The notes under the pieces are model-generated. The model ran no database searches, was not told where the DNA came from, and saw only the letters and a list, made by a program, of their open reading frames with translations. A DNA stretch of 17,672 bases from Bdellovibrionales bacterium (GTDB lineage Bacteria; Bdellovibrionota; Bdellovibrionia; Bdellovibrionales; JAMPXM01), in the NCBI GenBank assembly GCA_043739185.1, contig JAYUEN010000152.1, positions 1 to 17,672 on the forward strand, read 5' to 3'. Shown here piece by piece: positions 16,613 through 17,672 of the stretch. Each line of letters begins with the position of its first letter. The stretch's first letter is position 1. The translations under genes were made by a program, and so were the position numbers.

Positions 16613-17149
16613 CTATTCAGTTTTGTAATCGTTTATGAATTTATTAAACTGTTCAAGCGAAGCATCAACGACTAAGGCCGCACCGCACTTTTTGCAATTT
16701 TCACCTGAGATGTGATTGAAAAAATCCTTATCTTTCAACCCAAGCAGTGGCTTTGAATTGAACATTTTTAGTGAACTCTCTTCGCAACTCTCACAAAAAA
16801 ATGGAATATAAAAGGATCGAACTTGGGTCATTTTAGGCACAAATCTCATAACCGTGATCATTTGTTTGTACATGATCGTCGGACATCTTTCGATTATGAT
16901 TTTAACGTTCGGAAATTCTTTTTCAATATTCCACATCCATAAAATCCAACGACGAACACCTGCGGAATTGATATAAGAGATATCATTGAAATCTAAAACC
17001 AAACTCTTCATTTCTTTGAGTTCAACGGCATTGATTTTTGCAGCTTCGGTGATCGCACCTTTAAAGACAATTTTGATGCTGTCATTTTTTTTATCTAGCT
17101 TCATTTCGAGAGGTTCTTTTTTTTGTTCTGCAGCACCGGTATTTGACAT
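16613..17149 (-). CDS. STAS (anti-sigma antagonist-like) domain fused to a C-terminal CxxC-x29-CxxC zinc ribbon
   Basis: IVFKGAI and LVLDFNDISYINSAGV (STAS phospho-Ser loop); CESC and CKKC; ATG 17149 behind AAGGT. Confidence 0.75.
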   Translation of the reverse strand: MSNTGAAEQKKEPLEMKLDKKNDSIKIVFKGAITEAAKINAVELKEMKSLVLDFNDISYINSAGVRRWILWMWNIEKEFPNVKIIIERCPTIMYKQMITVMRFVPKMTQVRSFYIPFFCESCEESSLKMFNSKPLLGLKDKDFFNHISGENCKKCGAALVVDASLEQFNKFINDYKTE

Positions 17150-17318
17150 AAAATTTACCTTTTGAAATGACAATACTATTCAATAAAAAATGAGCTAACC
17201 TTATTCTCTATCTGACCATTAGTGTTTAAGATATCACAATGTTAGTCAAGATTTTCGTAGATACCAATGCGGAGGTACAGCCCGACCTACCAAGGCTTTA
17301 GTTTATGAATCTAATTTC

Positions 17319-17672
17319 TCAGTCAGGTAGGATCAAATGAAGTGTCTTAGACATTGCTGATTTATTTCTCAAACGTTCACGCCTTGGGATTGAGCAACAA
17401 ATAATTGTTTGTAAATTTTGATTTACTGCAAAATACATCGAGTTGCACAATGAAAAAACCATAAAAGTGCCAAGTCCTGCCCCTTGATTTCCTACATTTG
17501 AGATGCCTGCCCCTGTTGAATTTTTGAAACAGTCACGGACCCTATTTAGTAGTTTTATAATATTAAGGCTTCCGTAGGTGTCGGAGCATCCAATGATAAT
17601 TTCTTGCTCTGTTGAGCTCATAAAAATACTAGCCTGCTTAGTGCTTTTTGGTACCAACTTCACTTTTAAATT
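17319..17672 (-). CDS. C-terminal part of a GHKL/HATPase-like (RsbW-type) protein, truncated by the window edge
   Basis: Frame open to the last base; DTYGSL (G1-like DxxG) and GAGLG (G2 box), followed by beta strands; N-box not visible. Confidence 0.62.
   Translation of the reverse strand, partial: NLKVKLVPKSTKQASIFMSSTEQEIIIGCSDTYGSLNIIKLLNRVRDCFKNSTGAGISNVGNQGAGLGTFMVFSLCNSMYFAVNQNLQTIICCSIPRRERLRNKSAMSKTLHLILPD

Noticed and set aside
9977..17672. Integrative element or prophage at tRNA-Val
   Set aside because: No integrase, transposase or phage gene, and no duplicate of the tRNA 3' end was seen in the window.
1..17672. CRISPR array, tandem repeat array or known defence system
   Set aside because: No regularly spaced repeats and no cas, restriction-modification, reverse transcriptase or toxin-antitoxin motifs were seen.

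Overview
About 40% GC bacterial chromosome segment; gene order and protein families suggest Bdellovibrionota (inference). Left: conserved housekeeping run fabD (5'-truncated)-fabG-acpP-fabF-rpiB-glyA, then an M23 peptidase lipoprotein. Centre (minus strand): a penicillin-acylase-family Ntn hydrolase coupled to a small membrane protein, and a probable outer-membrane beta-barrel protein, divergent from tRNA-Val(GAC). After the tRNA is an accessory-looking stretch: a secreted phospholipase-A2-like protein divergent from a Crp/Fnr regulator with a palindrome between them, a sterol desaturase/fatty acid hydroxylase, a small secreted two-Cys protein, a GC-rich self-complementary intergenic element (candidate ncRNA) and an M28 peptidase. 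Right (minus strand): a five-gene signalling cluster of a truncated HATPase-like protein, a STAS-plus-zinc-ribbon protein, a CheX-like phosphatase, a CheY-like receiver and a PAS-SpoIIE phosphatase. This cluster looks like an undescribed partner-switching module joined to Asp-phosphate signalling. All calls come from motif reading; no searches were run.
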